This document shows positions 1 through 8,408 of a stretch of 13,699 nucleotides of DNA, piece after piece. Position 1 is the first letter of the stretch; every line of letters starts with the position of its first letter. Source of the DNA: a bacterium (GTDB lineage Bacteria > RBG-13-61-14 > DATKZS01); assembly GCA_046484135.1 (NCBI GenBank), contig JAWOBU010000105.1:1-13699 (forward strand), in the 5' to 3' direction. The position numbers were made by a program, and so were the translations under genes. The notes beneath the pieces are model-generated. The model was not told where the DNA came from. It ran no database searches and was given only the letters and a program-made list of their open reading frames with translations.

Positions 1-47
1 GCCGCATCCTGGAAAAAATAAAGCAGGGCTGGGAGCCCGGCAAATAA
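1..47 (+). CDS. 3' end of an upstream gene (partial, ...RILEKIKQGWEPGK*), product unknown
   Basis: Frame 3 is open from the window edge to TAA at 45-47 with protein-like codons, followed by a shift to AT-rich intergenic DNA. Too short to identify. Confidence 0.5.
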   Translation, partial: RILEKIKQGWEPGK

Positions 48-329
48 AAGTATAAGGAAGTCCTCATATCATTCATGGTTCTTTAAAGTCCACGTACATT
101 TTTCGCGGATTTTTCCTTTCGGTTTTCGGCAAACAGCTTGTTTTCACGGGCTTAAAAAGATTTAATTGTAATTTAACCTGGATTTAATGTAGTTCTGAGA
201 TAATAATAAGAAGCATTCTTGTATGCTAAGTCCATAAAGTTAAACCGTTTTGACTCAGGATACTTTCATAAGCGCAAACACCTTCCGGACGGATTCTTGA
301 TTCTTTGCCAGAAGCTGTATTTTATTCTA

Positions 330-359
330 TTGCTTTGCCGGGGAAAGTTGTGATATAAT
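330..359 (+). promoter_or_regulatory. Sigma70-type promoter for the acs operon (extended -10)
   Basis: TTGCTT (330-335), 18-nt spacer, TG at 351-352 and perfect TATAAT at 354-359 (TGnTATAAT). Predicted start site near 366. Confidence 0.65.
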
Positions 360-536
360 TTTTCGAGAATCCCGCGTAGTTAGTTTAGTTCGATTTTATT
401 TGATTTATAGTTCCTTGAAGTTGAGATTGGTAAGGGTAATAACGCAATATTCTAGACATGGAGGATGAGGCCCCGGGTCTGTATAGACCACGGGAGGGGT
501 GCATATAGAGTTTAGCTATTGAAAGGAGGTTTTTGC

Positions 537-758
537 ATGGCGGAGCCAACCATTAAGAAAAAACGATTTGACGGCAGCGAGGTCGAGATTCTGGGAGAGA
601 CCTATGAAGAAGGGATCACCTCCCAGGGCGACAAGTACCAGTGGATGCAGCGCTTGAGCGACGACCGGAGGGAACTTCTCCGGTTTCTGGAGACCGGTCT
701 TCGTTACTGGTACTCGGACGAGTGGTACGGCAGTGAAAAGCGCAAGACCCCGGCGTAA
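537..758 (+). CDS. Small hypothetical protein (73 aa), first gene of the acs operon
   Basis: Strong SD AGGAGGT at 524-530, 6 nt before ATG 537, so the TTG at 519 in the ORF track is probably not the start. GC-rich third positions like the acs genes. TAA at 756-758, 39 nt before acsD. Confidence 0.85.
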   Translation: MAEPTIKKKRFDGSEVEILGETYEEGITSQGDKYQWMQRLSDDRRELLRFLETGLRYWYSDEWYGSEKRKTPA

Positions 759-797
759 GGCCCCCGGGTTAAGAGCGGAAAAAAGGAGGACAGATCG

Positions 798-1727
798 GTG
801 GTTGAACAGGTAAAAGAAACGTATTCCGGAAAGATAAGGGAAGTGGAGATCGGCACCGGCGACAAGGCGGTCAAGATAGGCGGGGCCGCGGCGTATCCTT
901 TTTACTGGTTCGAGGGGGACATGGGCAACAAGCCCAAAATCGCCTGGGAGATGTGGGACGCCGGGACCGAGATCTGGCCCGACGCCGCCAAAGAGCCCTT
1001 CGCCGATGTCCTGGACGACCCGGTTGCATGGGCCAAGAAGCTCCAGGACGAGTTCAAAGCGGAGATCATCGCCCTGCGGCTTACCAGCACCGACCCCAAC
1101 GGCATGGACAAGTCCGCGCAGGAAGCAGCGGACACGGTAAAGAAAGTGGTGGAAGCCATTGACGTGCCTCTTGTCGTGTTCGGAGTGGCCAACGAGACCA
1201 AGGACCAGGAAGTGCTCCGCAAGGTGGCCGAGGAATGCGAAGGCAAAAACATGGCCCTGAACCCGGTAGTAGAAGGGACCTACAAAACCATTGGCGCGGG
1301 CGTGCTCGGGTTTAACCACGTGGCTGTGGCCAGCACCCCCATTGACGTTAACCTGGCCAAGCAGCTCAATACTCTCTTGACCAACCTGGGAGTGAAACCG
1401 GAAAAGATCATTATTGATCCTACTACCGGCGGGCTCGGCTACGGCCTCGAGTATACTTACTCGGTGATGGAAAGGGACCGCATGGCAGCGCTGGTCCAGC
1501 AGGACGAGAAGATGCAGCAGCCCATCTTGAACTACGTGTCCTTCGAGACCTGGAAGGCCAAGGAGTCCTGGATCGAGGACGAGCTTATGGGCCCGGTCAA
1601 GGAAAGGGCCCTGGCTATCGAGGCTTTGACGGCCATGACCCTGCTCCTGGCGGGATCGGACCTCGTGGTCATGAGGCACCCTGATTCCATCGCCAAGGTC
1701 CAGGAGGTCATAGACGAACTGTGCTAA
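798..1727 (+). CDS. acsD: Corrinoid iron-sulfur protein small subunit (CFeSP beta; CODH/ACS delta subunit)
   Basis: AcsD/CdhD motifs YSGKIREV, STDPNG, STPIDVNLAKQLN, DPTTGGLGYGLEYTYSVMER, LLLAGSDLVVMRHP. SD AGGAGG 784-789, GTG start. Confidence 0.96.
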   Translation: MVEQVKETYSGKIREVEIGTGDKAVKIGGAAAYPFYWFEGDMGNKPKIAWEMWDAGTEIWPDAAKEPFADVLDDPVAWAKKLQDEFKAEIIALRLTSTDPNGMDKSAQEAADTVKKVVEAIDVPLVVFGVANETKDQEVLRKVAEECEGKNMALNPVVEGTYKTIGAGVLGFNHVAVASTPIDVNLAKQLNTLLTNLGVKPEKIIIDPTTGGLGYGLEYTYSVMERDRMAALVQQDEKMQQPILNYVSFETWKAKESWIEDELMGPVKERALAIEALTAMTLLLAGSDLVVMRHPDSIAKVQEVIDELC

Positions 1728-1734
1728 TAAAAGA

Positions 1735-1764
1735 GGGGCCCCGCAAAGTTTCTGCCGGGGCTTT
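1735..1764 (+). other. Intergenic stem-loop between acsD and cooS (mRNA stabiliser or weak terminator)
   Basis: GGGGCCCCGCA / loop AAGTTTC / TGCCGGGGCTTT with one bulge and G-U pairs. Only a weak T-tract follows. Confidence 0.5.
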
Positions 1765-1805
1765 AGTTCATTAACAAAAGGTTGTCATTAGTTTAGGAGG
1801 AAAAA

Positions 1806-3770
1806 ATGGCGGACGAAAAAGATTCCAAAAAAGGATTCGATCCGAAAAACGTAAGCGTGGACCCCACAGTGGCCCCGCTTCTGGAAAAAGCTTTGAACGA
1901 CGGATGCGAGACCGCCTTTCAGCGCGTAGCCGAAGGACAGAAGAACCGCTGCACCTTTGGCGCGGAAGGCGTATGCTGCCGTATCTGCTCCATGGGTCCT
2001 TGCCGGATTACCAAGAAGGCGCCCCATGGAGTGTGCGGAGCTGATGTAGACACTATCGTGGCCCGTAACTTCGCCCGCATGGTGGCCGGAGGGGCAGCCG
2101 CTCACTCCGACCACGGACGCGCGGTCGCCGAGGTGTTCGTGCTCGCTTCCCAGGGCAAAATCCCCGGCTACCAGGTCAATGACCGGCAGAAGCTCTACTC
2201 CGTGGCCATGGACTACGGCGTCGAGATCGGCGACAGGTCGGACGAGGAGATCGCGGTCGAGCTCGGCGAGGTCGCCCTTGCCGAGTACGGCAGTCAGGAA
2301 GGCCCCATCAAGGGAATCAAGCGTGCCCCCTTGAAAAGACAGGAAGTATGGAAGAAGGAAGGAGTCGAGCCCCGCGGGGTGGACCGGGAGATAGTCGAGA
2401 TCATGCACCGGACCCACATCGGCGTGGACATGGACTACAAGAACCTGATTCATCAATGCACCCGCGCCGCGCTCGGCGACGGCTGGGGAGGGTCCATGAT
2501 CGCCACCGATCTCCAGGACATCCTCTTTGGAACGCCTGTGCCGGTCGCGTCCGAGATGAACCTGGGATGCCTGAAAGAAGACCATGTGAACCTCATCGTC
2601 CACGGGCACGAGCCGCTCCTCTCCGAGATGATCGTGGTCGCCGCCCAGCAGGACGACATGATCGAGAAGGCCAAAGCGGTAGGCGCCAAGGGCATCAACA
2701 TAGCCGGAATGTGCTGCACCGCCAACGAGATTCTCATGAGACACGGCCTGCCCATCGCCGGCAACTTCCTCCAGCAGGAGCTGGCCATTGTCACCGGAGC
2801 GCTGGACGGAATGATCGTGGACGTGCAGTGCATCATGCAGGCCCTCTCCGACGTGTCCAAGTGCTATCACACCAAGCTCATCACCACCAACTACCGGGCC
2901 AAGATACCAGGGGCCCAGCACATCGCCTTTGAAGAGCACGACGCACTCAAGTCGGCCCGCGAGATCGTCGAGACCGTGATCGAGAACTACAAGAACCGCA
3001 ACAAGGAGATGATCAGGATTCCTGAAGATAAGTGCAGCGTGGTCGCCGGATTCTCCCACGAGACCGTCTCTTACATGCTGGGCGGACTGTTCCGGGCCAG
3101 CTATCGGCCCCTGAACGACAACATCATGAACGGCAAAATCCGCGGCATCGGCGGCGTGGTCGGCTGCAACAACGCCCGCACCAAGCACGATGAAGCCCAT
3201 CTCACCATCATCAAGAAGCTCCTGGAAAACGACGTGATCGTGCTCACCACCGGCTGCTCGGCCATGGCCTGCGGCAAGGCCGGCCTGCTCTCTCCCGAGG
3301 CCGCCCGGAAGTTCTGCGGCCCCGGCCTGGCCGAGGTCTGCGAGACCGTGGGCATCCCGCCCGTCCTGCACATGGGCTCTTGCGTGGACAACTCGAGGAT
3401 ACTGCTTGCCGCCGCGGCAGTGGTCAAGGAAGGCGGACTCGGCGACGACATCTCCGATCTTCCCGCGGCAGGAAGCGCGCCCGAGTGGATGAGCGAAAAG
3501 GCCATCTCCATCGGCCATTACTTCGTGTCTTCCGGCGTCTACACCGTGTTCGGAACCACCTTCCCCTTCACCGGCTCCGAGAACGTCATGAACCACCTCA
3601 CCAAGGAGCTGGAAGAGTCCATCGGAGGGATGTGGGACTATGAGAAAGACCCGGAAAAGCACGCCCAGTTGATGATTGACCACATTGACAAGAAGCGCAA
3701 GGCCCTGGGAATTGACAAGGCCAGGGAGCGCGTGCTTCTGGACATGGCCGACCGGCGGGCCCTCGAGTGA
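1806..3770 (+). CDS. cooS: Anaerobic Ni,Fe carbon monoxide dehydrogenase catalytic subunit (CooS/AcsA)
   Basis: D/B-cluster motif CTFGAEGVCCRICSMGPC...VCG and proton-relay AHSDH. C-cluster ligand motifs HGHEP, GMCCTAN, DVQCIM, GCNN, TGCS and GSCVD are present, plus SEKA. SD AGGAGG 1795-1800. Confidence 0.98.
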   Translation: MADEKDSKKGFDPKNVSVDPTVAPLLEKALNDGCETAFQRVAEGQKNRCTFGAEGVCCRICSMGPCRITKKAPHGVCGADVDTIVARNFARMVAGGAAAHSDHGRAVAEVFVLASQGKIPGYQVNDRQKLYSVAMDYGVEIGDRSDEEIAVELGEVALAEYGSQEGPIKGIKRAPLKRQEVWKKEGVEPRGVDREIVEIMHRTHIGVDMDYKNLIHQCTRAALGDGWGGSMIATDLQDILFGTPVPVASEMNLGCLKEDHVNLIVHGHEPLLSEMIVVAAQQDDMIEKAKAVGAKGINIAGMCCTANEILMRHGLPIAGNFLQQELAIVTGALDGMIVDVQCIMQALSDVSKCYHTKLITTNYRAKIPGAQHIAFEEHDALKSAREIVETVIENYKNRNKEMIRIPEDKCSVVAGFSHETVSYMLGGLFRASYRPLNDNIMNGKIRGIGGVVGCNNARTKHDEAHLTIIKKLLENDVIVLTTGCSAMACGKAGLLSPEAARKFCGPGLAEVCETVGIPPVLHMGSCVDNSRILLAAAAVVKEGGLGDDISDLPAAGSAPEWMSEKAISIGHYFVSSGVYTVFGTTFPFTGSENVMNHLTKELEESIGGMWDYEKDPEKHAQLMIDHIDKKRKALGIDKARERVLLDMADRRALE

Positions 3771-3809
3771 TACCCGCGATAGAAAAAGAAGGAAAAGGAG
3801 GAATGAGCA

Positions 3810-6017
3810 GTGTCTAAAATAATCGCTTCCGCGGCAATCAGGGGTGCGAACAAAATAGTGGACCGCGCCGAAGATACCGTCAAAAAGGCTATTGATAAAC
3901 ATGGCGAGAACCAGGAGATCGGCTTTCCCAACACCGGCTACTACCTTCCCATCATCTACGGCATGACCGGAAGGAAGGTCGAGCATTTAAAGGACGCCCT
4001 TCCAGTTCTCCGGGTGTGCCGGAGCATCCTGCCCGAGCCGGTAAAAAGGGAGAACAATCTTCCCTACCTCGGGCCCACACTGGATGCGGGCATGGCGACC
4101 TACTTCGCCGAGGAGCTGATCGAGGCGGTCAGATACCTGGAAGACCCGGACTTTTACTTCCAGGGCGAGGACCCGCCCGACGACAAGCTCTGGACCGGAG
4201 CGGCGGACGACATCATCCTGAGAAAGCGAGGCGTCGAGTTCGTGGACGGATCAGCCCCCGGCTTCGCCGCCATCCTGGGCGGCGCGCCCGACGCCGAGAC
4301 CGCCAAGAACATCGCCCAGGAGCTTCTCGAGAAGAGCCTGTACGTGTTCATGGCAAGCAGGAACGAGCAAGGAGCATCCTTTGCCGAACAGCTCCGGGAA
4401 GCCGGCATGCAGGTCGGCTGGGGGACCCGTCTGGTGCCTTTTGGCCCCGACGCCAGCGCCACCGTGTTCGCCATCGGCTTCGCCACCCGCGCCGCCATGA
4501 GCTTCGGCGGCATCGAGCCGGGCGACTTCAGAAAGATTCTCATCTACAACAAGGACCGGGTGTTCGCGTTCGCGCTCACCATGGGATTTGTTGACGACGA
4601 ATGGTACGCCAACGGCGCCGGCGCCATCAACTGGGGGTTCCCGATTATCGCGGACACCCCCATCCCGGAGATACTTCCGACCGGCATATGCACCTATGAG
4701 CACGTGGTGTCGAACGTTCCCCATAAAGAGATCGTGAACAAGGCCACCGAGACCAGGGGCCTCAAGGTAACCATCTCCGAGGTCCCCGTGCCCGTGGCTT
4801 ACGGGCCTGCGTTCGAGGGAGAGCGCGTCCGGGGCGACGACATCTACACCGAGATGGGCGGCGGCAAGACTCAGGCGGTCGAGCTGACCCGGATGAAGGA
4901 CATGAACGAGGTCGAGGACGGCAAGGTCGAGGTCGTAGGTAAGGACCTGGGCGACATCGAGGCCGGCACCCGGCTTCCACTCGGCATCTACGTCGAGGTC
5001 GCCGGCAGGGAGATGCAGGAGGACTTCGAGCCGATTCTCGAGCGGCAGATCCACCATCTTCTCAACTACGCCCAGGGCATGATGCACATCGGACAGCGCG
5101 ACATCGCCTGGATCCGGATCGCCAAGCAGGCGGTGGAGAAAGGCCTGACCCTGCAAGACCTGGGCAAGATCATTCACGCCAAGTATCACGACGACTTCAG
5201 CTCCATCCTGGACAAGGTCCAGGTGACTCTTTACACCGAAGAGGACAAGGTAAAGGAGCTTTTCGAAGAGGCCCGCGACATCTACAAGCAGCGGGACGAG
5301 AGGCTGGCCGGCATGAAGGACGAGGACACCGATCCTTTCTACTCGTGCACCCTGTGCCAGAGCTTTGCTCCCAATCACGTGTGCATCGTGACCCCGGAGC
5401 GGCCCGGCCTGTGCGGCGCTTACAACTGGCTCGACTGCAAAGCGAGCTACGAGATAAACCCCACCGGACCCAACCAGCCCGTGCACAAACAGGACGTGCT
5501 CGACCCGGTAAAGGGCGTGTGGAAAGGCGTCAACGAGTTCGTAAGCCAGGCGAGCCGCGGCAACGTGGACTACGTCGAGGGCTACTCGATTATGACCGCT
5601 CCCATGACCTCGTGCGGCTGCTTCGAGTGCATCGCGTCGGTGCTCTACACCTGCAATGGCTTCATGACCGTGGACCGCGACTATAAGGGCGAGACCCCGG
5701 TGGGAATGAAGTTCACCACCCTGGCGGGCGCGGTCGGCGGAGGAGCGGTAACTCCCGGGTTCGTGGGCCACTCCAAGTTCTACATCACCTCCCGCAAGTT
5801 CCTCTCCGCGGACGGAGGACTGCTCCGCATGGTGTGGATGCCCAAGCAGTTGAAAGAAGAGATCAGGGAGAGGTTCGAGGAGATGGCCAAGGAGCTCGGC
5901 CACCCGGACCTGTTGGAGAAGATAGCGGACGAGACGGTTGCGACCTCGGAGGAGGAGGTCCTCAATTACATCACGGAGAAGAGCCACCCCGCGGTCTCCA
6001 TGGACCCGCTTATGTAA
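3810..6017 (+). CDS. acsB: Acetyl-CoA synthase, bacterial type with N-terminal CODH-binding domain
   Basis: A-cluster ligands SCTLCQSFAPNHVC...PGLCGA and MTSCGCFE. N-terminal FPNTGYYLP, plus GPAFEGERVR and DFEPILERQIH. 735 aa. SD AGGAGG 3796-3801, GTG start. Confidence 0.98.
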   Translation: MSKIIASAAIRGANKIVDRAEDTVKKAIDKHGENQEIGFPNTGYYLPIIYGMTGRKVEHLKDALPVLRVCRSILPEPVKRENNLPYLGPTLDAGMATYFAEELIEAVRYLEDPDFYFQGEDPPDDKLWTGAADDIILRKRGVEFVDGSAPGFAAILGGAPDAETAKNIAQELLEKSLYVFMASRNEQGASFAEQLREAGMQVGWGTRLVPFGPDASATVFAIGFATRAAMSFGGIEPGDFRKILIYNKDRVFAFALTMGFVDDEWYANGAGAINWGFPIIADTPIPEILPTGICTYEHVVSNVPHKEIVNKATETRGLKVTISEVPVPVAYGPAFEGERVRGDDIYTEMGGGKTQAVELTRMKDMNEVEDGKVEVVGKDLGDIEAGTRLPLGIYVEVAGREMQEDFEPILERQIHHLLNYAQGMMHIGQRDIAWIRIAKQAVEKGLTLQDLGKIIHAKYHDDFSSILDKVQVTLYTEEDKVKELFEEARDIYKQRDERLAGMKDEDTDPFYSCTLCQSFAPNHVCIVTPERPGLCGAYNWLDCKASYEINPTGPNQPVHKQDVLDPVKGVWKGVNEFVSQASRGNVDYVEGYSIMTAPMTSCGCFECIASVLYTCNGFMTVDRDYKGETPVGMKFTTLAGAVGGGAVTPGFVGHSKFYITSRKFLSADGGLLRMVWMPKQLKEEIRERFEEMAKELGHPDLLEKIADETVATSEEEVLNYITEKSHPAVSMDPLM

Positions 6018-6069
6018 GCGCCTGTGAGCTGAAAGAAGCAAACCAGATACCAGGAGGAGGAATTGGGAA

Positions 6070-7407
6070 ATGGGAATCTCACCGATCGAAATATTTAAGA
6101 AGCTGCCGAAGACGAACTGCGGGGATTGCGGCTACCCCACCTGCATGGCGTTCGCAGTGGCACTGACCCAGGGCAAGGCGGAGCTGTCCGCCTGTCCACA
6201 CGTGGACGAGGCCGCGGCGGAAGAGCTGAGCGCGTCCAGCCAGCCGCCGGTGCTTCCGGTTACCATCGGCGCTGGAGACAGCGCCTTCAAGACCGGAGGA
6301 GAGACCGTGCTTTTCCGGCACGAAAAGACCTTTGTCTCTCCCACCGGAATAGCCGTGCTTATTACCGACCAGATGGACGACGCAGAGGTGGACAGAAGGA
6401 TCAAGGCCATTAACGACCTTCAGTACGAGCGGGTCGGCATGACCCTGAAAGCCAACCTGGTGGCCGTCAAAAGCGATGACCCGGACAAGCTGGCCGCCCT
6501 GGCCCAAAAGGCGGACAGCAACGCCGGCCTGCCTCTCATCCTGATTAGCGAGAAAGCAGACGCGCTCAAAAAAGCGGCCGAGCCTTTGAAAGACAAGCAG
6601 CCGCTTCTCTACGCTGCTACAGCGGAGAACGCAGACGACGTGATCGGAGTGGCCAAGGAGCTGGACGTGCCGGTGGCAGCCAAGGGAAAGGACCTGGACG
6701 GCCTGGTCGAGATCACCGAGAAGATGGCCGGCCAGGGACTGAAAAAGATCGTCATAGACAGCGGAGACCGCGAGATCAAACCGGCGCTGGAAAGCCAGGT
6801 CCAGATTCGCAGGCAGGCCATCAAGAAGACCTTCCGGCCGCTCGGCTACCCGACCATCACCTTCCCTTGCGAGATGAGCGAGGACCCCTTTAAAGAAGCG
6901 CTCTACGCTTCCGTATTCATACCCAGGTACGCCGGCATCATGGTCCTGTCCGACCTGAAGCCGGAGTTCCTGTTCCCGCTCCTCGTTGAAAGAATGAATA
7001 TATACACCGACCCGCAACGGCCCATGGCACAGGACCCCGGCATCTACGACCTGAACGAGCCGGACGAGAACGCGCCCCTGCTCGTGACTTCCAACTTCTC
7101 GTTGACCTACTTCATCGTCTCCGGAGAGATCGAGACCAGCAGGCAGCCCGCCCGGCTGCTGGTGGTGGACACCGAGGGACTGTCCGTGCTTACCGGCTGG
7201 GCCGCGGGAAAGTTCGCCGCCGACCTGATCGGACCCACCGTGTTGAAAAGCGGCGTAGCCGACAAGATGTCCAAAAAGAGGATCGTCATTCCCGGAGCGG
7301 TAGCCCAGATCAGCGGCGAGCTGGAAGAGGAACTGCCCGATTGGGAAGTGATAATAGGACCCAGGGACGCGGCCAATATCGCCGCCTTCCTGAGAGACCT
7401 GAGCTGA
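6070..7407 (+). CDS. acsC: Corrinoid iron-sulfur protein large subunit (CFeSP alpha; CODH/ACS gamma subunit)
   Basis: N-terminal [4Fe-4S] motif LPKTNCGDCGYPTCMAFA...CP, then GGETVLFRHEKTF, NIYTDPQRP, TSNFSLTYF and GLSVLTGWAAGKF. SD AGGAGG 6055-6060. Confidence 0.97.
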   Translation: MGISPIEIFKKLPKTNCGDCGYPTCMAFAVALTQGKAELSACPHVDEAAAEELSASSQPPVLPVTIGAGDSAFKTGGETVLFRHEKTFVSPTGIAVLITDQMDDAEVDRRIKAINDLQYERVGMTLKANLVAVKSDDPDKLAALAQKADSNAGLPLILISEKADALKKAAEPLKDKQPLLYAATAENADDVIGVAKELDVPVAAKGKDLDGLVEITEKMAGQGLKKIVIDSGDREIKPALESQVQIRRQAIKKTFRPLGYPTITFPCEMSEDPFKEALYASVFIPRYAGIMVLSDLKPEFLFPLLVERMNIYTDPQRPMAQDPGIYDLNEPDENAPLLVTSNFSLTYFIVSGEIETSRQPARLLVVDTEGLSVLTGWAAGKFAADLIGPTVLKSGVADKMSKKRIVIPGAVAQISGELEEELPDWEVIIGPRDAANIAAFLRDLS

Positions 7408-7441
7408 ACAGGCCGTCTACGGGTAGAGAAGGAGGATACAC

Positions 7442-8329
7442 ATGAAGTGCCTGTGCATAGGAGAAAACCTGAACGTAATGTCGAAGACCCTGGGACCGGC
7501 CATGAAAGAGCGCAACAAGGAGCCGCTCCAGGAGATGGCCAAGGCCGAGGCCGAGCAGGGGATTGACTACATTGATCTCAATATCGGACCGGCGAGAAAA
7601 GACGGCCCCGAACTGATGACGTTCGTGGTCCAGGCCGTCCAGGAAGCGGTGGATACGCCCATTGCACTGGATACCACCAACGCAGACGCACTGGAAGCCG
7701 GTGTGAAAGCGGCCAAAAAAGGGACCGCCCTCATAAACTCCGTTACAGTCCAGCCCGCAAGAATGGAGCGGCTTCTGCCCCTGGTGCCCGAGAACGACGC
7801 CGACATCATAGGAGTCCTGTGGGGACCGGACGGCATGCCCCGAGACGAGAACGAAAGGGCCATGCACGCCGCAGACCTCATGATGAAAGCCAACGAGCTC
7901 GGCATCGAAAACGAAAGGCTCTGGATAGACCCCATCGCAAGCCCGGTCTCCGTCGAGATCAACCAGGTCAAGGCCTGCGTAACATTCATGTCCATGCTCC
8001 AGGACATCGTGCCCGGCTGTAAGTCCACCGTGGGACTGTCCAACGTGTCCAACGGGGCCCCCGAGGAGCTCCGGGGATGGCTGAACCGGACCTACCTCAT
8101 CATGCTCATGCGTTACGGGCTCTACTCCGCCATCGTGGACGCGTTTGACGAAGACCTGGTAGCAATCGCCCAGGGCGGAAGGCAGGACATCGTCGAGCTG
8201 GTCTACAACGTCATGGACGGGAAAGACGTAAGCAAGGACTCCCTGACCGAAGAACAACTCAAGTACTTCCGCACCGCCAAGGTGCTGGTGGGCGAAACCC
8301 TGTACTCCGACTCCTGGCTGGAGGGCTGA
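7442..8329 (+). CDS. acsE: Methyltetrahydrofolate:corrinoid iron-sulfur protein methyltransferase (pterin-binding DHPS-like TIM barrel)
   Basis: Motifs IGENLN, IDLN, IALDT, LINS, WIDP and GLSNVS. Last gene of the acs operon. SD AGGAGG 7430-7435. Confidence 0.92.
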   Translation: MKCLCIGENLNVMSKTLGPAMKERNKEPLQEMAKAEAEQGIDYIDLNIGPARKDGPELMTFVVQAVQEAVDTPIALDTTNADALEAGVKAAKKGTALINSVTVQPARMERLLPLVPENDADIIGVLWGPDGMPRDENERAMHAADLMMKANELGIENERLWIDPIASPVSVEINQVKACVTFMSMLQDIVPGCKSTVGLSNVSNGAPEELRGWLNRTYLIMLMRYGLYSAIVDAFDEDLVAIAQGGRQDIVELVYNVMDGKDVSKDSLTEEQLKYFRTAKVLVGETLYSDSWLEG

Positions 8330-8359
8330 CCGCAAAACCAAAAATCGCACTTTGTGCAA

Positions 8360-8407
8360 AACGGCCCCCCGGACACAAAGCCGGCGGGGCCGTTCTTGTT
8401 TTTATTT
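8360..8407 (+). terminator. Rho-independent terminator of the acs operon
   Basis: AACGGCCCC-CCGG / loop ACACAAAG / CCGG-c-GGGGCCGTT (13 bp, one bulge) followed by CTTGTTTTTATTT, 30 nt after the acsE stop. Confidence 0.8.
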
Positions 8408-8408
8408 A

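Noticed and set aside
348..365. Complete Rex operator over the -10 box
   Set aside because: Only the left half (TTGTGA) matches; the TTCACAA half is absent.
458..515. Two ~16-codon uORFs in the leader (ATG 458 and ATG 465)
   Set aside because: No suitably spaced SD and no telling codon runs for attenuation.
519..536. TTG start giving an MKGGFC extension with a Cys on the small ORF
   Set aside because: The extension spans the SD of ATG 537, which is the better start.
3768..8329. Selenocysteine readthrough at the TGA stops of cooS, acsC and acsE
   Set aside because: Each protein is full length at its TGA. cooS and acsC are followed by the next gene's SD and acsE by the terminator.
516..8359. 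Long minus-strand ORFs (387, 732, 596, 312 and 349 aa) opposite the acs genes
   Set aside because: Antisense shadows of strongly codon-biased GC-rich genes. They mirror the real gene boundaries and have no recognisable motifs.
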